Source of the DNA: Lysobacterales bacterium
Lineage (GTDB): Bacteria > Pseudomonadota > Gammaproteobacteria > Xanthomonadales > SZUA-5
Direction of reading: 5' to 3'
Length of the DNA: 64,000 nt
NCBI GenBank assembly: GCA_022844165.1
Contig: JALHMH010000013.1
Location: 54,045-118,044 of the forward strand
Part shown: one piece after another, positions 50,076 to 59,818 of the stretch
How positions within the stretch are numbered: position 1 is the stretch's first letter
Layout: each line of letters begins with the position of its first letter
Program-made: the position numbers and the translations under genes
The notes under the pieces: model-generated
The model's input: the letters and a program-made list of their open reading frames with translations, nothing else
Database searches by the model: none
Told to the model about the DNA's origin: nothing

Positions 50076-51689
50076 ATGATGGACCAACGTCGCGAACGAC
50101 CGCGCGCGCGTTCCGGACTTCGTAGCAGCCTCTTCGCATGTGCGTTAGCTGCGGCAGGCAACGCGAGCTCGCAAATCGTCGGAATCGCAATTCCACCTGA
50201 CCCTTGCGTCGAAACAACGTTCAATCCGCCTCCTGTCGAGATCACCAACCTCCCTCCCCCTTCAGGTGCTGGAGACTTTTTCGCCGGCATTCGTGTGTAT
50301 GTGGATCCTGCGCAGCCACCGGCTCTTTCTGCCAGCGCTATGGTGCTGATCGTCAACGGCAACGGCTTTAACCAATCCGACTACACCAGCTATGCCACCT
50401 ATCTTGCCCGGCAAGGCTTCACAGTTGCAGTGGCACGCCGCCCAAGCGGCGTCGCCTACGACGTCGACGACTTCGTACTCGATTCGCTCGCACTGGTTTT
50501 TGAAGAACAAGATCTTGCGAACGATACGAAAATTGCACTGATCGGGCACAGCGTCGGCGGCAGCACGGTTCTGAATGCTGCGGTTCGCAACCGCACCATC
50601 GGGGCTGGCTTCAATATCGATGCAGTGGTGACACTTGCGCCGTCCATCAGCGCATCAACGGCCAACCTCACGCGCACGCACGCGGATGCGCTGTTGACCA
50701 TCTTCGGTTCGCAGGATCAAGACGTCGAAGGCCTGGGCAACCAGGCAAACGACGCCTTCGCGGTTTACGACCGCAGCGATCACGAAGGCAACAGCACTTG
50801 CCACGGTAACGGCTTCTGTTTTGCGACACCGACGATCGACAAACGCATGCTGTTCATACACGGGGCCGATCACGCGAGCCTCGTGAATGCCGTCAAACTC
50901 TGCAACTTCGGCGCGTGCGAGTTTCCGCAAAAGGCCTTTATCAGCAAGTCCAACCAGTACTGCATCGCGCGCGGTTACACCAACGCATTCCTGCGTCGAC
51001 ATTTGCGCGGCGAGACCATTTATCAGGGCATGCTCGAAGGCCGTTATCGACCGCCCTCGATCGCGGGTGTCACCTCGAACGCCATCGATGCACAAGCCAA
51101 CCCGATCGGCTCGGCGCTGCGAATGAGCCTGCAGCAGAGCCCCAAATTGCGCAGTGTGATCGAAAACTTCGAAGACGAAGCCTGGTCTCTGAGCCATCAT
51201 TCGCCCCAGGTGCAACTGCAGCTGCTGCAACCCGAACAACTCATCGGCGGCACCAGCAATGTACGTCATGTCAGTCACGCGCTGGCAGTCGGTTGGACAA
51301 ACAAACCGACGTGGCATTACCTTGGCTTCACTGTTCCAGCTGGTCGCCGCAACGTCGGCAATTTCGCACGAGTCGCGCTGCGTGTCGGACAACTACACCA
51401 GAACAGCGCTGCCACGGCCAACGTTGCGAACGTCGCAACGTCGATCATGCTTGGCATTCATGATGGCGACGACACCAGCTGGCGCTGGGCACAGGATTAC
51501 GCCGCGATCCCGGCCAACGATTTCCGGCCGGGCAACGACTACACGCACAGTGTCATGAACACCGTTGCCGTTCCGCTCAGTGCCTATATTGGCGTTGACA
51601 AGTCCGATATCCGCTCGGTCATCCTGGCCTTTCCGCCAAACACCAAAGGGACACTGATCATCGACAACCTGGAGTGGTTCAAGGAGTAA
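50076..51689 (+). CDS. Secreted alpha/beta hydrolase with C-terminal beta-sandwich (CBM-like) domain
   Basis: Signal-peptide-like N-terminus, GHSVGG nucleophile elbow, GSQDQDV, GADH; C-terminal TLIIDNLEW. Confidence 0.7.
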   Translation: MMDQRRERPRARSGLRSSLFACALAAAGNASSQIVGIAIPPDPCVETTFNPPPVEITNLPPPSGAGDFFAGIRVYVDPAQPPALSASAMVLIVNGNGFNQSDYTSYATYLARQGFTVAVARRPSGVAYDVDDFVLDSLALVFEEQDLANDTKIALIGHSVGGSTVLNAAVRNRTIGAGFNIDAVVTLAPSISASTANLTRTHADALLTIFGSQDQDVEGLGNQANDAFAVYDRSDHEGNSTCHGNGFCFATPTIDKRMLFIHGADHASLVNAVKLCNFGACEFPQKAFISKSNQYCIARGYTNAFLRRHLRGETIYQGMLEGRYRPPSIAGVTSNAIDAQANPIGSALRMSLQQSPKLRSVIENFEDEAWSLSHHSPQVQLQLLQPEQLIGGTSNVRHVSHALAVGWTNKPTWHYLGFTVPAGRRNVGNFARVALRVGQLHQNSAATANVANVATSIMLGIHDGDDTSWRWAQDYAAIPANDFRPGNDYTHSVMNTVAVPLSAYIGVDKSDIRSVILAFPPNTKGTLIIDNLEWFKE

Positions 51690-51908
51690 TCGGACGAACG
51701 GTTTCGACGAGTTCGTAGTGAGCCCAGGTTGATTCCTGGGACGACACACCGGCCGGCGCGCTGCACCTTCGCAGCGCGCCGGAACCTGGCGCGAAGATGT
51801 CAGAATCTGCGAGATTTGCGCGCTATCGAATTGCCCTATTTGATGGGAAGATCACAGTCGGCCGGAGCGCTTGCTCGGCCTTCAACCAATCATCGACAGG
51901 GGAAAGTC

Positions 51909-53015
51909 ATGACACGTATTTGCAGCGCGACCGCGGTCGCCTTCGCCACTGGTTTTTTCTGCAGTTCGGTAGCACTCGCCCAGAACGTACTGCCTCCCGG
52001 CCAGAGCGCCACGGGCGTGACAATCACGAACTCGTCGTCGGCTCCTGTGTACGCCAATTTGGTGCTGGGGCAACCGCCCGCAAGCCCGCCGGCGGGTTGC
52101 ACCAATCTCGGCATTCAGATCGACAGCCTTACGGATACCAATCTCGTCTTCACCTCTAGTACGGGTCAGAAAGTTGTTTTCACGCCGGTTCCTGGCGTGA
52201 CCGACAAGGGTTCCTACCAATTGGCCGCAGGCGAGACCATCACCTACGTGCCACAGACATTCGACTGCGGCAATTCCAACCAGTCGACATGCAGCCCGGC
52301 GGTCACGTTCAACTTCTTTTTTACGCCGCAGAACGTTGGCTTCAGCAACAACAATGGTTGCAGTAACAGTGTCTTCCCGAACGCAACCAATCTTGCCGAA
52401 GCATCGATCAACTTCGGCATCAACGGCGCAGTGGGCAGCACCTGTGCGAATGCGGACGATACCGACATCAGCGCCGTCAATGGCGTCAACGCCATTCTGC
52501 AAGTCAACACGGTCGGAACAGGTTGGCCGTCCGCCACAAGCTCCGCGCAAAACGGCGTGCTCGGGCAGAATGCCAACAAACCCGGTGTGTTCGGTTGGGC
52601 GGCCACCAATTGCTCAGGCAGCAATGCAAATGCAGGCTTCCCCAACCCGACCGCAAGCTGTGCAGCACCGGTGAACGCACCACGCGCACCCAGCGGGCCG
52701 AACCCGATCTGCACGACGCCCGGCGGTACCACCTACCAGCCAATCGTAGGACCCGATGGAACGAAATACTGCGATGAACGCAGCGATGCAGGCACGTGCA
52801 ACAACCAGCGGACAGCTCTCGTGACTGGCGGCAATGTCCAGATCAGCTATCTCAGTCAAGCGCCTGTTTGCACAGATGTCGATGCCGGCCCGATCTTCGA
52901 CAACCATCAAGCCCAAACCGTGTGCCCAAGTGCCTGCGGATCGCAGCAGTGGAATGGGCAATGGACAACAACTCAACCGGGCACCATGTCGGTTTGCGGG
53001 TGTTGTTCCGGCTGA
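51909..53015 (+). CDS. Secreted Cys-rich protein with C-terminal MVL (mannan-binding lectin) domain
   Basis: Signal peptide ALA-Q; DVDAGPIFDNHQAQTVCP...WNGQWTTTQPGTMSVCGC matches the MVL pattern. Confidence 0.75.
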   Translation: MTRICSATAVAFATGFFCSSVALAQNVLPPGQSATGVTITNSSSAPVYANLVLGQPPASPPAGCTNLGIQIDSLTDTNLVFTSSTGQKVVFTPVPGVTDKGSYQLAAGETITYVPQTFDCGNSNQSTCSPAVTFNFFFTPQNVGFSNNNGCSNSVFPNATNLAEASINFGINGAVGSTCANADDTDISAVNGVNAILQVNTVGTGWPSATSSAQNGVLGQNANKPGVFGWAATNCSGSNANAGFPNPTASCAAPVNAPRAPSGPNPICTTPGGTTYQPIVGPDGTKYCDERSDAGTCNNQRTALVTGGNVQISYLSQAPVCTDVDAGPIFDNHQAQTVCPSACGSQQWNGQWTTTQPGTMSVCGCCSG

Positions 53016-53443
53016 ACGGGCTGAACTGTTGCATTTGGTCCCAGTGCGCCTCGCCTGACCGAGCAGAGCTGAGTCGGTCAGGCGTCGCGAATGACCGCGC
53101 ACGAACGAGTTGCGCAGTTCGATTTCCTGCGTATTCAAATGACCAGCAAAATCCCGACAGAGATCGCTCAACCCCACGGCGGCGGGACCGCATGCGCGCC
53201 AAGCTAAATCTATAGGGGTTTTTTCCAATCACTCTGGGACACCAAACTCGTGTCCGGGCGAGGATGGCAACAACTCGAAGGTTCGACTTTGCGTAGACGT
53301 GCTGTCCGCAACAATGAGGGGGGTTGAATTCGCGTTTGGTGTCGAAGGGTTCGAAGCTCTAAACTACCAGCGTGACATCCAGCCGCCGCGTCGCCGCGAC
53401 ACGGCGCGTCTGATACCCCTACCCAATTGGAATCCCGACAGCC

Positions 53444-54022
53444 ATGCCCATCGAATTGCCAGCACTCCCATACGCCCGCGACGCGCTGATGCCGCATATT
53501 TCGCCAGAGACGATCGACTTTCATTACGGCAAGCACCACCAAGCCTACGTCACCAATCTCAATAACCTGATCAAAGGGACTGAGCTTGACAGCAAGTCCT
53601 TGGAAGACATCGTCAAAGCTTCGAGCGGCGGCGTGTTCAACAATGCGGCGCAAGTATGGAATCACACGTTCTACTGGAACGGTCTTAAGCCCGGTGGCGG
53701 CGGCGAGCCCAGCGGTAAAGTGGCAGACGCCATCCAGGCGGCATTTGGCAGCTTCGAGAAGTTCAAAGAGGAGTTCGCCAAAACGGCCATCGGTACCTTC
53801 GGCTCGGGCTGGGCCTGGTTGGTGCAAAAGAACGACGGCTCGTTGGGCCTGGCAAGCACCAGCAACGCACAAACACCACTGACGGGCGACGACACACCAC
53901 TGCTCACTTGCGATGTTTGGGAACATGCCTACTACATTGACTATCGCAATCTGCGTCCGAAGTACCTGGAGGCCTTCTGGAATCTTGTGAACTGGGATTT
54001 CGTTGCAGGCAATATGCGCTGA
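53444..54022 (+). CDS. sodB: Superoxide dismutase [Fe]
   Basis: [19 protein letters not shown] (Fe-type), [15 protein letters not shown]. Confidence 0.95.
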   Translation: MPIELPALPYARDALMPHISPETIDFHYGKHHQAYVTNLNNLIKGTELDSKSLEDIVKASSGGVFNNAAQVWNHTFYWNGLKPGGGGEPSGKVADAIQAAFGSFEKFKEEFAKTAIGTFGSGWAWLVQKNDGSLGLASTSNAQTPLTGDDTPLLTCDVWEHAYYIDYRNLRPKYLEAFWNLVNWDFVAGNMR

Positions 54023-54047
54023 GCATCGATACGCCATGATGTTGCAC

Positions 54048-54083
54048 CCGCTAAAGCCGTTGCACCAGGCACGGCTTTGGCGG
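54048..54083 (+). terminator. Hairpin after sodB (possible terminator)
   Basis: CCGCTAAAGCCGT-N10-ACGGCTTTGGCGG; weak U tract. Confidence 0.4.
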
Positions 54084-54097
54084 TTACGGCGAAGGCG

Positions 54098-54261
54098 CCA
54101 GAGTCCTTGACTGAGCGGGATCTTGTCATTTGAGTCAAGTTTTCGTCGGAGCGGCTTTGGCTGTTGAAGCCCCCATTGAGTACAAGGGGGTGGAGGATCG
54201 GCGCTTACACGCCGCAAGGCGTGTGCCGAGCCGAACGACCGGCGGCTGTGCCGCCGGGCCG
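54098..54261 (+). repeat. Dispersed structured intergenic element, copy C (diverged 5' two-thirds)
   Basis: CCAGAGTCCTTGAC start shared with copy A; TGAGTCAA, GGAGCGGCTTTGGC, ACACGCC-GCAA-GGCGTGT, CCGGCGGC-TGT-GCCGCCGG. Confidence 0.85.
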
Positions 54262-54346
54262 AGCGGCATCGCGATAGCGACGACAAGCGCCACAGAATCG
54301 GGCCGAAGACCCAGCGAGAAAGGCGTGAAACTTCCGGCGGATCAGA

Positions 54347-55471
54347 CTAACGCTGCAAGTAGTTGTGTAGTAAACCCTTTGCCAGCTCCACCGGAGGCCC
54401 AGCCAAACCCGTCGTAGATCGCGCCTCCAGTATTTCAAGCAGCGCCCTGCAGCTCTGGTGCGTTAAAGTCACGTGACCGACTTTTCGCCCCGATCGCGCT
54501 TGTTTCCCATAGTCGTGCCAATGCGCGCCGGGAGTTCTCAGTGCCGCAGAACGATCAGGCAGCGACCCCACCCAATTCAACATGCACGAGTATCCGAGCG
54601 CCGCGCAATCTCCCAACGGCAATCCGGCAATCGCACGAATGTGATTCTGAAATTGGCTGGTGACCGCACCTTCGATGGTCCAATGGCCGCTGTTGTGAAC
54701 TCGTGGTGCCATCTCGTTGGCAACCAACTGGCCGTCCACATCGAAAAACTCGATTGCGAAGACGCCGACATATTCAAGAGCGTCCGCCAGCCGGTGCGCT
54801 ATTGCTTCGGCATGCCTTTGCTGTGCCGCGCTGACCCGGGCCGGTGCAATGCTGACCGCTAACACGCCACCTGCATGCACGTTTTCGGTCAGCGGATAAC
54901 AGCGGACCTCGCCATCGGTGCCACGTACAGCAATGATCGACAGCTCGCGATCGAACGGCACTTTGGATTCGAGCACGCAAGCAGCTTCATGCAGTGCTGC
55001 GTGCGCCTGAGTCAGTACCTGCCGCGTTGCAACGGTAACTTGTCCTTTGCCGTCGTAGCCAAATCGTGTTGTCTTCAAAATTGCTGGAAACCGAAAATCG
55101 CCTGGCACCTCGCCCGGAACGGCACAATGCGGCGCTACGGGCACACCGAGCATTGCGAACAGTGCCTTTTCTTTGAGCCGGTCTTGCGACGTGCTCAGTG
55201 CCAATGGCGGCGGAAACACTGGGCATCGCGAGGCCAGTTCAACCAATCCCGGCGCCGAGACATTTTCAAAATCGAAGGTCACTAAATCGCATTGTCTGGC
55301 GAAAGCTTTGAGAGCACCCAGGTCATCGAAATCTCCTTGGATCAGATCCGCCACAACGCCAGCGCAAGCGTCCGGCGCCGGGTCGTAAACAGAGAAGCGA
55401 ATGCCAAGCGGAATACCAGCAAGCGCCAACATGCGCGCGAGCTGTCCGCCACCGACAATGCCTATGCGCAT
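54347..55471 (-). CDS. purK: N5-carboxyaminoimidazole ribonucleotide synthase
   Basis: [40 protein letters not shown]. Confidence 0.95.
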   Translation of the reverse strand: MRIGIVGGGQLARMLALAGIPLGIRFSVYDPAPDACAGVVADLIQGDFDDLGALKAFARQCDLVTFDFENVSAPGLVELASRCPVFPPPLALSTSQDRLKEKALFAMLGVPVAPHCAVPGEVPGDFRFPAILKTTRFGYDGKGQVTVATRQVLTQAHAALHEAACVLESKVPFDRELSIIAVRGTDGEVRCYPLTENVHAGGVLAVSIAPARVSAAQQRHAEAIAHRLADALEYVGVFAIEFFDVDGQLVANEMAPRVHNSGHWTIEGAVTSQFQNHIRAIAGLPLGDCAALGYSCMLNWVGSLPDRSAALRTPGAHWHDYGKQARSGRKVGHVTLTHQSCRALLEILEARSTTGLAGPPVELAKGLLHNYLQR

Positions 55472-55971
55472 GGCGGCACTCGAGGATCCGGGTCGTTCAG
55501 CACCTTGTCGGTAGCAGCTTGACGCCATTGGCGCAGACGCTGCTCGATGCGCTTGTCCGACAGCCCAAGTATTGCAGCTGCGCAAAGCCCGGCATTGCGC
55601 GCCCCAGCGATTCCAATCGCGAACGTGGGCACTGGCACACCCGCGGGCATTTGTACGATCGACAGCAGCGAATCAAGGCCGTTGAGCGATTTGGATTGTA
55701 CCGGCACACCGAGCACCGGCAACCAGGTCTTTGCCGCAATCATGCCCGGCAAGTGCGCAGCGCCGCCCGCCCCCGCAATGATCAGCCGCAAGCCACGCTC
55801 TGACGCCGTCTGCGCATACTCGAACAACAGATCCGGCGTTCGGTGAGCGGAGACCACACGCACCTCATGATCGATGCAAAGGGCCGTCAGCGATTCGCTG
55901 GCGCCAACCATCGTCTCCCAATCGGAGCGCGATCCCATCACGACGCCCACTAACGGCGATCCTGTTTCCAT
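55462..55971 (-). CDS. purE: N5-carboxyaminoimidazole ribonucleotide mutase
   Basis: [28 protein letters not shown]. Confidence 0.97.
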   Translation of the reverse strand: METGSPLVGVVMGSRSDWETMVGASESLTALCIDHEVRVVSAHRTPDLLFEYAQTASERGLRLIIAGAGGAAHLPGMIAAKTWLPVLGVPVQSKSLNGLDSLLSIVQMPAGVPVPTFAIGIAGARNAGLCAAAILGLSDKRIEQRLRQWRQAATDKVLNDPDPRVPPCA

Positions 55972-56033
55972 TTGTGCTTTGAGTGATTGGGCCGGCACGC
56001 TATGTTAGCGGGATTCTCAGCTGTGGAAATCCT

Positions 56034-56303
56034 ATGAGCATCGATAGACGCCTGCTCGATATCCTGGTCTGCCCTTCCTCGCGACGGCCGTTGCGGCCAC
56101 TGAGCCGCGATCAGCTCGCAGTGCTGAACAAGGCCATCGCCGCTGGCAGTGCGCTGCGCGTGGACGGCAGTGCAGAGAACACGATCCTGACGGAAGGTTT
56201 GATCACGGACGACCACAAAGTGGTCTATCGCATTGATGACGACATTCCGGTCCTACTGGTCGAAGCTGGCATCGGAACAACACAATTTGCAGATTTTCCT
56301 TAG
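56034..56303 (+). CDS. Trm112 family protein
   Basis: DRRLLDILVCP...YRIDDDIPVLL. Confidence 0.88.
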   Translation: MSIDRRLLDILVCPSSRRPLRPLSRDQLAVLNKAIAAGSALRVDGSAENTILTEGLITDDHKVVYRIDDDIPVLLVEAGIGTTQFADFP

Positions 56304-56328
56304 CTGGAGATCGTAACCGTCGATCGAT

Positions 56329-56367
56329 TGCGATATACGTCACACAAATTGTGTGAAACTGTTCAAA
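56329..56367. promoter_or_regulatory. Two tandem CRP/Clp-like boxes
   Basis: TGCGA-N6-TCACA (56329-56344) and TGTGA-N6-TCAAA (56352-56367), one mismatch each to TGTGA-N6-TCACA. Confidence 0.55.
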
Positions 56368-56457
56368 GTATGGCTAGATGTGACGTTCAGCGTCACTGGC
56401 ATTCGCTAACCTTTCAGACGTCCGCCAATGGCGCGGATTGCCCAGGGGTGTTCCATC

Positions 56458-58917
56458 GTGTCGACAAGTTCCGACAATAAGGTTGTTGACCTGCAACAGC
56501 GTCAGGCGGCTCAGTCTCAACAACTCGATCGGGTTGGCGAGTTGATCAAGCAATGCCGTGGTGTGACGCAGAAGCGCCTGGCATTGATGGTTGGCGCCTT
56601 GTTCGACGGCGTCGATGATGCCTTGTTCGATTTGGCGGAAAAGGCGGAGAACAATACCGTCCAAACCAAGTACTTCGACGGTATGCGCGAGGTGCGCAAG
56701 AAACGGCAGTTGATTGAACGTCTGTTCCAAGAGAACCTGACACGTGAATTCGCCCAGTACGGGTCCGGTGTCGTCCGCACGAGTGAGGACACTTCCGCGA
56801 CGCCCAAGGTCGGGCTCGCGCTCATCGACGATCGGGAGCTGGAAGAATCGCTTGCAGTTTCAGCGATGGCCGGAAAAGCCGAAAATCGAATGTCGCGAGC
56901 CTTGTACGCGCTCGACCAGCGTATGTCGGTGATGTCCGGCGGCATTAAGGTCGACGACACCAACAATCCGATCGCACCCAAACCGCTGTGCCTGGCCTTC
57001 CAAGCCACACTGTCCGAACTCGACGTCGATCTCCACGTCAAACTGCTGATCCTGAAGCTTTTCGATAAACACGTGATGGCGGGGCTGGATGGGCTCTACG
57101 ACGAACTCAATCAGTTGCTGGTGCAGGCCGGGGTGCTGCCGCAGCTCAAACACCAGCCGCTCATCCGTCGCCCAGGTCAAAGCCCTTCGGCGCCCGGCCC
57201 AGGCGGACTACCGGCAGCCGAGGCACCGCCCGATCAGTTCGATCCCGGCACTGTGCCGCATACATCTGATGGGGGCCCTCCCGGTCATGGGCACTACTAC
57301 GGAAGCGCAACCGCGGCAGCGGAGGCGGAGCTGCAAATAGAACTCTACAACACGGTACGTTCGCTGTTGGCGTCCCGGCGCGCCATTTCGCCAGCGCCCC
57401 CGGGCGCCTCTGGCATGTATACGGGCGCTCAACCCGGACCGCCAACGCCCGCATTCGCGACGAACGATCTGGTCAACGCTTTGACGATCCTGCAAAGCCA
57501 AACCATGGCGATGACTTCGCCGCATGCACCTGCCTACGCGACGATGACGGGGCTGGTTCCGGCCACACAGGTGAAAGAGGACCTCGTGGGCCAGCTGCAA
57601 AGACTCGGCAGCAGCGAGCAACACCGAGTCGCCGCTGCAGACGAAGACACCATCGATTTGGTAGGCATGCTGTTCGAGTTCATCCTGCAGGACAAGAACC
57701 TGCCGGTGCAAATACAGGCTTTGTTGGCGCGATTGCAGATTCCGTATCTGAAATGCGCGATTCTCGATAAAGCGCTGTTCGCCAAGAAGGAACACCCCGC
57801 GCGCCAGCTCCTGGACGAACTTGCGCAATCCAGTTTGACCTGGAGCGAGGAAAGCGATAAGGACAATCGCTTTTTCGACAAGGTACGCTCGGTTGTGGAG
57901 TCGCTGTTAAAGGACTTCGACGACGACGTAGGTATTTTTGAGCGCCAACTCCGCGAGTTCCGCGAATTTGCGGCGTCGACCAAGAAGCGAGCCGAGGTTG
58001 CTGAGCTGCGCGCGGCTGAAGCAGCACGTGGGCGCGAACGACTTCAGGGTGCCCGGAAGACGGCTGCGCGCGAGATTCTGTCGCGCATTGAAGGGCACAA
58101 ACTGCCGGAAGTGATTCGCCACATCTTGACGCGGCCTTGGGCGAATGTGTTGGTGTTGACAATTCTTCGTCAAGGCGAGGGCTCGCACCCATGGAAAACC
58201 TCGCTACGCGTTGCCGACGAGTTGCTCTGGGCGGCCTTACCCAAGCAAACTGACGCAGAACGCGCGCGGCTGCGTGCGCTCATGCCCGAAATGGAGAAGG
58301 CGCTCCGCCAGGGTTTGGCCATGGTGGCATACCATGAAAACGATATGCGCCAGTTGTTGGATGAGCTGAATCGGTTTTATTTATCGCAACTCGACCCGAT
58401 GGCGCCCAAACCGGACACTCCCGCGGCGCCGGAAGACACGCCGGCGCCGGTCGCGGTGAACGATGGCCTGGTGGTGGAAGTCAAACGACCGAGTGTTGTG
58501 CTGCCGGCAACTCAGGAAGAGAGTTTTGTCGAGGAAATCTCCCGCGCACCCGCGTCCGAACCGGAGGTTGAGCCTGACCATATCGACGATCACTGCGCGG
58601 AATTGGTCAAGGCGATGAAGGTTGGCACGTGGGTCGAGTTCCGCTACGACGACGGCCGCGCTGAGCGTGCCAAACTGTCCTGGATCAGTCCGATCAGTAC
58701 CAAGTTCCTGTTCGTCAACCGCAAGGGCCTCAAAGTCGCAGACAAAACCGCGTTGGTACTGGCGGCCGAACTTCGCGCCGGCAAGGCAATGCTGCTCGAA
58801 GACGTGCCGCTGTTCGACCGCGCGTTAGACGCCATTGTCGAGCGCCTGAAGAACACGGCACCCACTGACTCGACCGAAACCTTGGAGTCTCCGACGGGCG
58901 AACCCGCGCCAACGTGA
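56458..58917 (+). CDS. DUF1631 family protein
   Basis: DDALFDLAEKA, DTIDLVGMLFEFIL, RLQIPYLK, HPARQLL, GTWVEF, FVNRKG, LFDRAL; probable GTG start. Confidence 0.85.
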   Translation: MSTSSDNKVVDLQQRQAAQSQQLDRVGELIKQCRGVTQKRLALMVGALFDGVDDALFDLAEKAENNTVQTKYFDGMREVRKKRQLIERLFQENLTREFAQYGSGVVRTSEDTSATPKVGLALIDDRELEESLAVSAMAGKAENRMSRALYALDQRMSVMSGGIKVDDTNNPIAPKPLCLAFQATLSELDVDLHVKLLILKLFDKHVMAGLDGLYDELNQLLVQAGVLPQLKHQPLIRRPGQSPSAPGPGGLPAAEAPPDQFDPGTVPHTSDGGPPGHGHYYGSATAAAEAELQIELYNTVRSLLASRRAISPAPPGASGMYTGAQPGPPTPAFATNDLVNALTILQSQTMAMTSPHAPAYATMTGLVPATQVKEDLVGQLQRLGSSEQHRVAAADEDTIDLVGMLFEFILQDKNLPVQIQALLARLQIPYLKCAILDKALFAKKEHPARQLLDELAQSSLTWSEESDKDNRFFDKVRSVVESLLKDFDDDVGIFERQLREFREFAASTKKRAEVAELRAAEAARGRERLQGARKTAAREILSRIEGHKLPEVIRHILTRPWANVLVLTILRQGEGSHPWKTSLRVADELLWAALPKQTDAERARLRALMPEMEKALRQGLAMVAYHENDMRQLLDELNRFYLSQLDPMAPKPDTPAAPEDTPAPVAVNDGLVVEVKRPSVVLPATQEESFVEEISRAPASEPEVEPDHIDDHCAELVKAMKVGTWVEFRYDDGRAERAKLSWISPISTKFLFVNRKGLKVADKTALVLAAELRAGKAMLLEDVPLFDRALDAIVERLKNTAPTDSTETLESPTGEPAPT

Positions 58918-59747
58918 CAACGCTGGAAGTCAGTATTCGCGCGAACGTTTGCGCCGCCCTCGCCGAGGACGTCGGCTCGGGCGATGTTTCGGCGCAACTC
59001 GTCGATGCCTCTGGCCTGGGCACGGCGACCGTAGTCACGCGCGAGCCCTGTGTACTTGCAGGGCGACCCTGGTTCGACGCTACATTCGAGGCGCTGGGCA
59101 AAGTGGAGTCGAACTGGCACTATGACGATGGCGACGAGTTGCCGGCGGGAGTGGAAATCTGCTGCCTTCGCGGCTCTTTGCGGAATCTGCTGACCGGCGA
59201 GCGAACGGCGCTGAATTTCCTGCAACTATTGTCCGGCACGGCAACGACGACGCGCCGCTATGTACGTGCACTCGGACACACACGAACTCAAATTCTCGAT
59301 ACGCGAAAGACCGTCCCGGGATTGCGAATTGCGCAAAAGTACGCGGTCCGCATCGGTGGCGGCACAAATCATCGAATGGGTCTGTACGATGCCGTCTTGA
59401 TCAAGGAGAACCATATCGCGGCGTGCGGCGGAATCACTGCCGCCATCGAAGTCGCGCGCTCATTGCACCCAAATCTGACGATCGAAGTGGAAGTCGAGTC
59501 GCTTGCCGAGTTTCGACAGGCACAGGCCGCCCGGCCCGACCGCATTATGTTGGACGAATTGCCGCAGGATGAACTTCGCGCGGCGATTGCAGAACGAATG
59601 CCCGGCATCCAACTTGAGTTGTCAGGTGGACTGTCGATCGAATCGCTATCTGCGATCGCAGAGCTTGGCGTCGACTTCGTATCGATCGGCGCGCTGACTA
59701 AACACGTTCGCGCCATCGATTTATCGATGCGCATCGGCGGCGCATAA
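58914..59747 (+). CDS. nadC: Nicotinate-nucleotide diphosphorylase (carboxylating)
   Basis: ALAEDV, ERTALN, DTRKT, HRMGLYD, IKENH, EVEVE, SIGALT. Confidence 0.96.
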   Translation: MTTLEVSIRANVCAALAEDVGSGDVSAQLVDASGLGTATVVTREPCVLAGRPWFDATFEALGKVESNWHYDDGDELPAGVEICCLRGSLRNLLTGERTALNFLQLLSGTATTTRRYVRALGHTRTQILDTRKTVPGLRIAQKYAVRIGGGTNHRMGLYDAVLIKENHIAACGGITAAIEVARSLHPNLTIEVEVESLAEFRQAQAARPDRIMLDELPQDELRAAIAERMPGIQLELSGGLSIESLSAIAELGVDFVSIGALTKHVRAIDLSMRIGGA

Positions 59748-59783
59748 CGTCCACATTCGGTCACCTGAAGCGTGACCAGCCGT

Positions 59784-59811
59784 ACGGAGGCGAGCGGGTG
59801 CTCGCCTCCGT
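59784..59811. terminator. Perfect 12-bp hairpin between convergent nadC and acylase genes
   Basis: ACGGAGGCGAGC-GGGT-GCTCGCCTCCGT; no long U tract. Confidence 0.5.
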
Positions 59812-59818
59812 TCCAGAC

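Noticed and set aside
53205-53235. TATAGGGGTTTTTTCCAAT as a regulator box upstream of sodB
   Set aside because: Imperfect single palindrome with no second clear instance or cognate regulator; support is too weak
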